Source: a virus
Lineage: Duplodnaviria > Caudoviricetes
Length of the DNA: 38,014 nucleotides
Reading direction: 5' to 3' (one strand)
IMG/VR virus record: IMGVR_UViG_3300049828_000145
Span: 1 to 38,014 of that record
Part shown: one piece after another, positions 37,380-38,014 of the stretch
Position numbering within the stretch: position 1 is the stretch's first letter
Layout of the letters: each line of letters opens with the position of its first letter
The notes under the pieces: model-generated
What the model was told of the DNA's origin: nothing
The model's input: only the letters and a program-made list of their open reading frames with translations
The model's database searches: none
Made by a program: the position numbers and the translations under genes

Positions 37380-37736
37380 TTAGTTTTTAAATAAGCAATC
37401 CTCACATCTTATTTTCTTTTTTACAAGGTAGTATTCTTCATTGAAACCAAGTTCTCTTAACTTATCGTTATCTCTTCGTAAATCTTCAAGGATACTTGGT
37501 GTATCTAGCCATCCCATGTTCGGTAAGTCATCTGCTAGTTCTTTTGCTGTCTCGTATCTGTCAGCGTTCCTTGAGTAGTAGCTAATATCTTTTTCAAGAC
37601 CTTCAATCTCTTTGAGAGCTTTATCTATGTTTGGACATGTGTTTGCAGGTATTTCTCCAATAGACTTTTTAAGCTGTTCTATTTCTTGTTCATGAGCTGA
37701 CACACTCTCCTGTACGATTTGGTGTAGTTCTTTCAT
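37380..37736 (-). CDS. hypothetical protein
   Basis: 118 aa; TCPNID...LEDLRRDNDKLR. Confidence 0.7.
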   Translation of the reverse strand: MKELHQIVQESVSAHEQEIEQLKKSIGEIPANTCPNIDKALKEIEGLEKDISYYSRNADRYETAKELADDLPNMGWLDTPSILEDLRRDNDKLRELGFNEEYYLVKKKIRCEDCLFKN

Positions 37737-37877
37737 ACTAGTTTTAATTGTTTTTTATTATGCTTTTTTGCCCAATTACATATTTCACAACCAAGTGTGT
37801 GTTCTTTATGATGAGTACATTTAACAAAATAGTTATTTATCATACTTTCATACTTATTACTATATAGGTTGATAAGG

Positions 37878-38014
37878 TTACACACGTATTACATTACTAG
37901 GAAAGTCTAGCATAATTGATTCAATTTCTTCTTCACTAAATCCTGCTATCCCTGTTCCAATCTTAGTTAATAAAAACTCCTTATCTTGTCTTAATAATGC
38001 GTACTCTTTTAAGT
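37878..38014 (-). CDS. partial macrodomain-like phage protein (C-terminus only)
   Basis: ...KEFLLTKIGTGIAGFSEEEI...FPSNV*; IGxGxAG macrodomain-type motif; truncated by the window edge. Confidence 0.6.
   Translation of the reverse strand, partial: LKEYALLRQDKEFLLTKIGTGIAGFSEEEIESIMLDFPSNVIRV

Noticed and set aside
37740-37850. Possible degenerate Cys/His-rich small gene
   Set aside because: Only short broken frames; not enough support to call a CDS or pseudogene
1-38014. Stop-codon reassignment
   Set aside because: Genes tile densely under the standard code, with TAA, TAG and TGA all used at gene ends

Overview
A ~38 kb AT-rich segment of a tailed dsDNA phage with podovirus-like architecture: no tape-measure gene, but adaptor, nozzle and ejection-type genes. 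From left to right it has an early cassette with a T7 Ocr-like DNA mimic (+), terS, an ~840 bp hairpin-rich non-coding gap, terL, portal, scaffold, decoration and major capsid genes, and a long array of fibre/adhesin genes (Gly-rich, 2x LamG, 2x Ig+FN3) interrupted by a free-standing HNH gene. Then come adaptor/nozzle genes and three putative ejection proteins, two with muralytic domains. After a bidirectional terminator, a convergent minus-strand arm carries a secreted SLT lysin, DnaB, a PD-(D/E)XK nuclease, an orphan C5 methyltransferase and small hypotheticals. Consensus sigma70 promoters, many firing almost at the ATG, and scarce Shine-Dalgarno sites suggest a Patescibacteria/CPR-type host (inference). 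The most notable observations are: (1) a perfect TTGACA-17-TATAAT promoter divergent from terL that drives an ORF-less, densely structured ~380-nt candidate ncRNA; (2) the scaffold C-terminal motif KSxGWSDExIxSF reappearing inside an ejection protein; (3) the Ocr homologue; (4) gene-end duplication scars around the HNH and MTase genes. All family calls come from motif recognition by eye; no searches were run.
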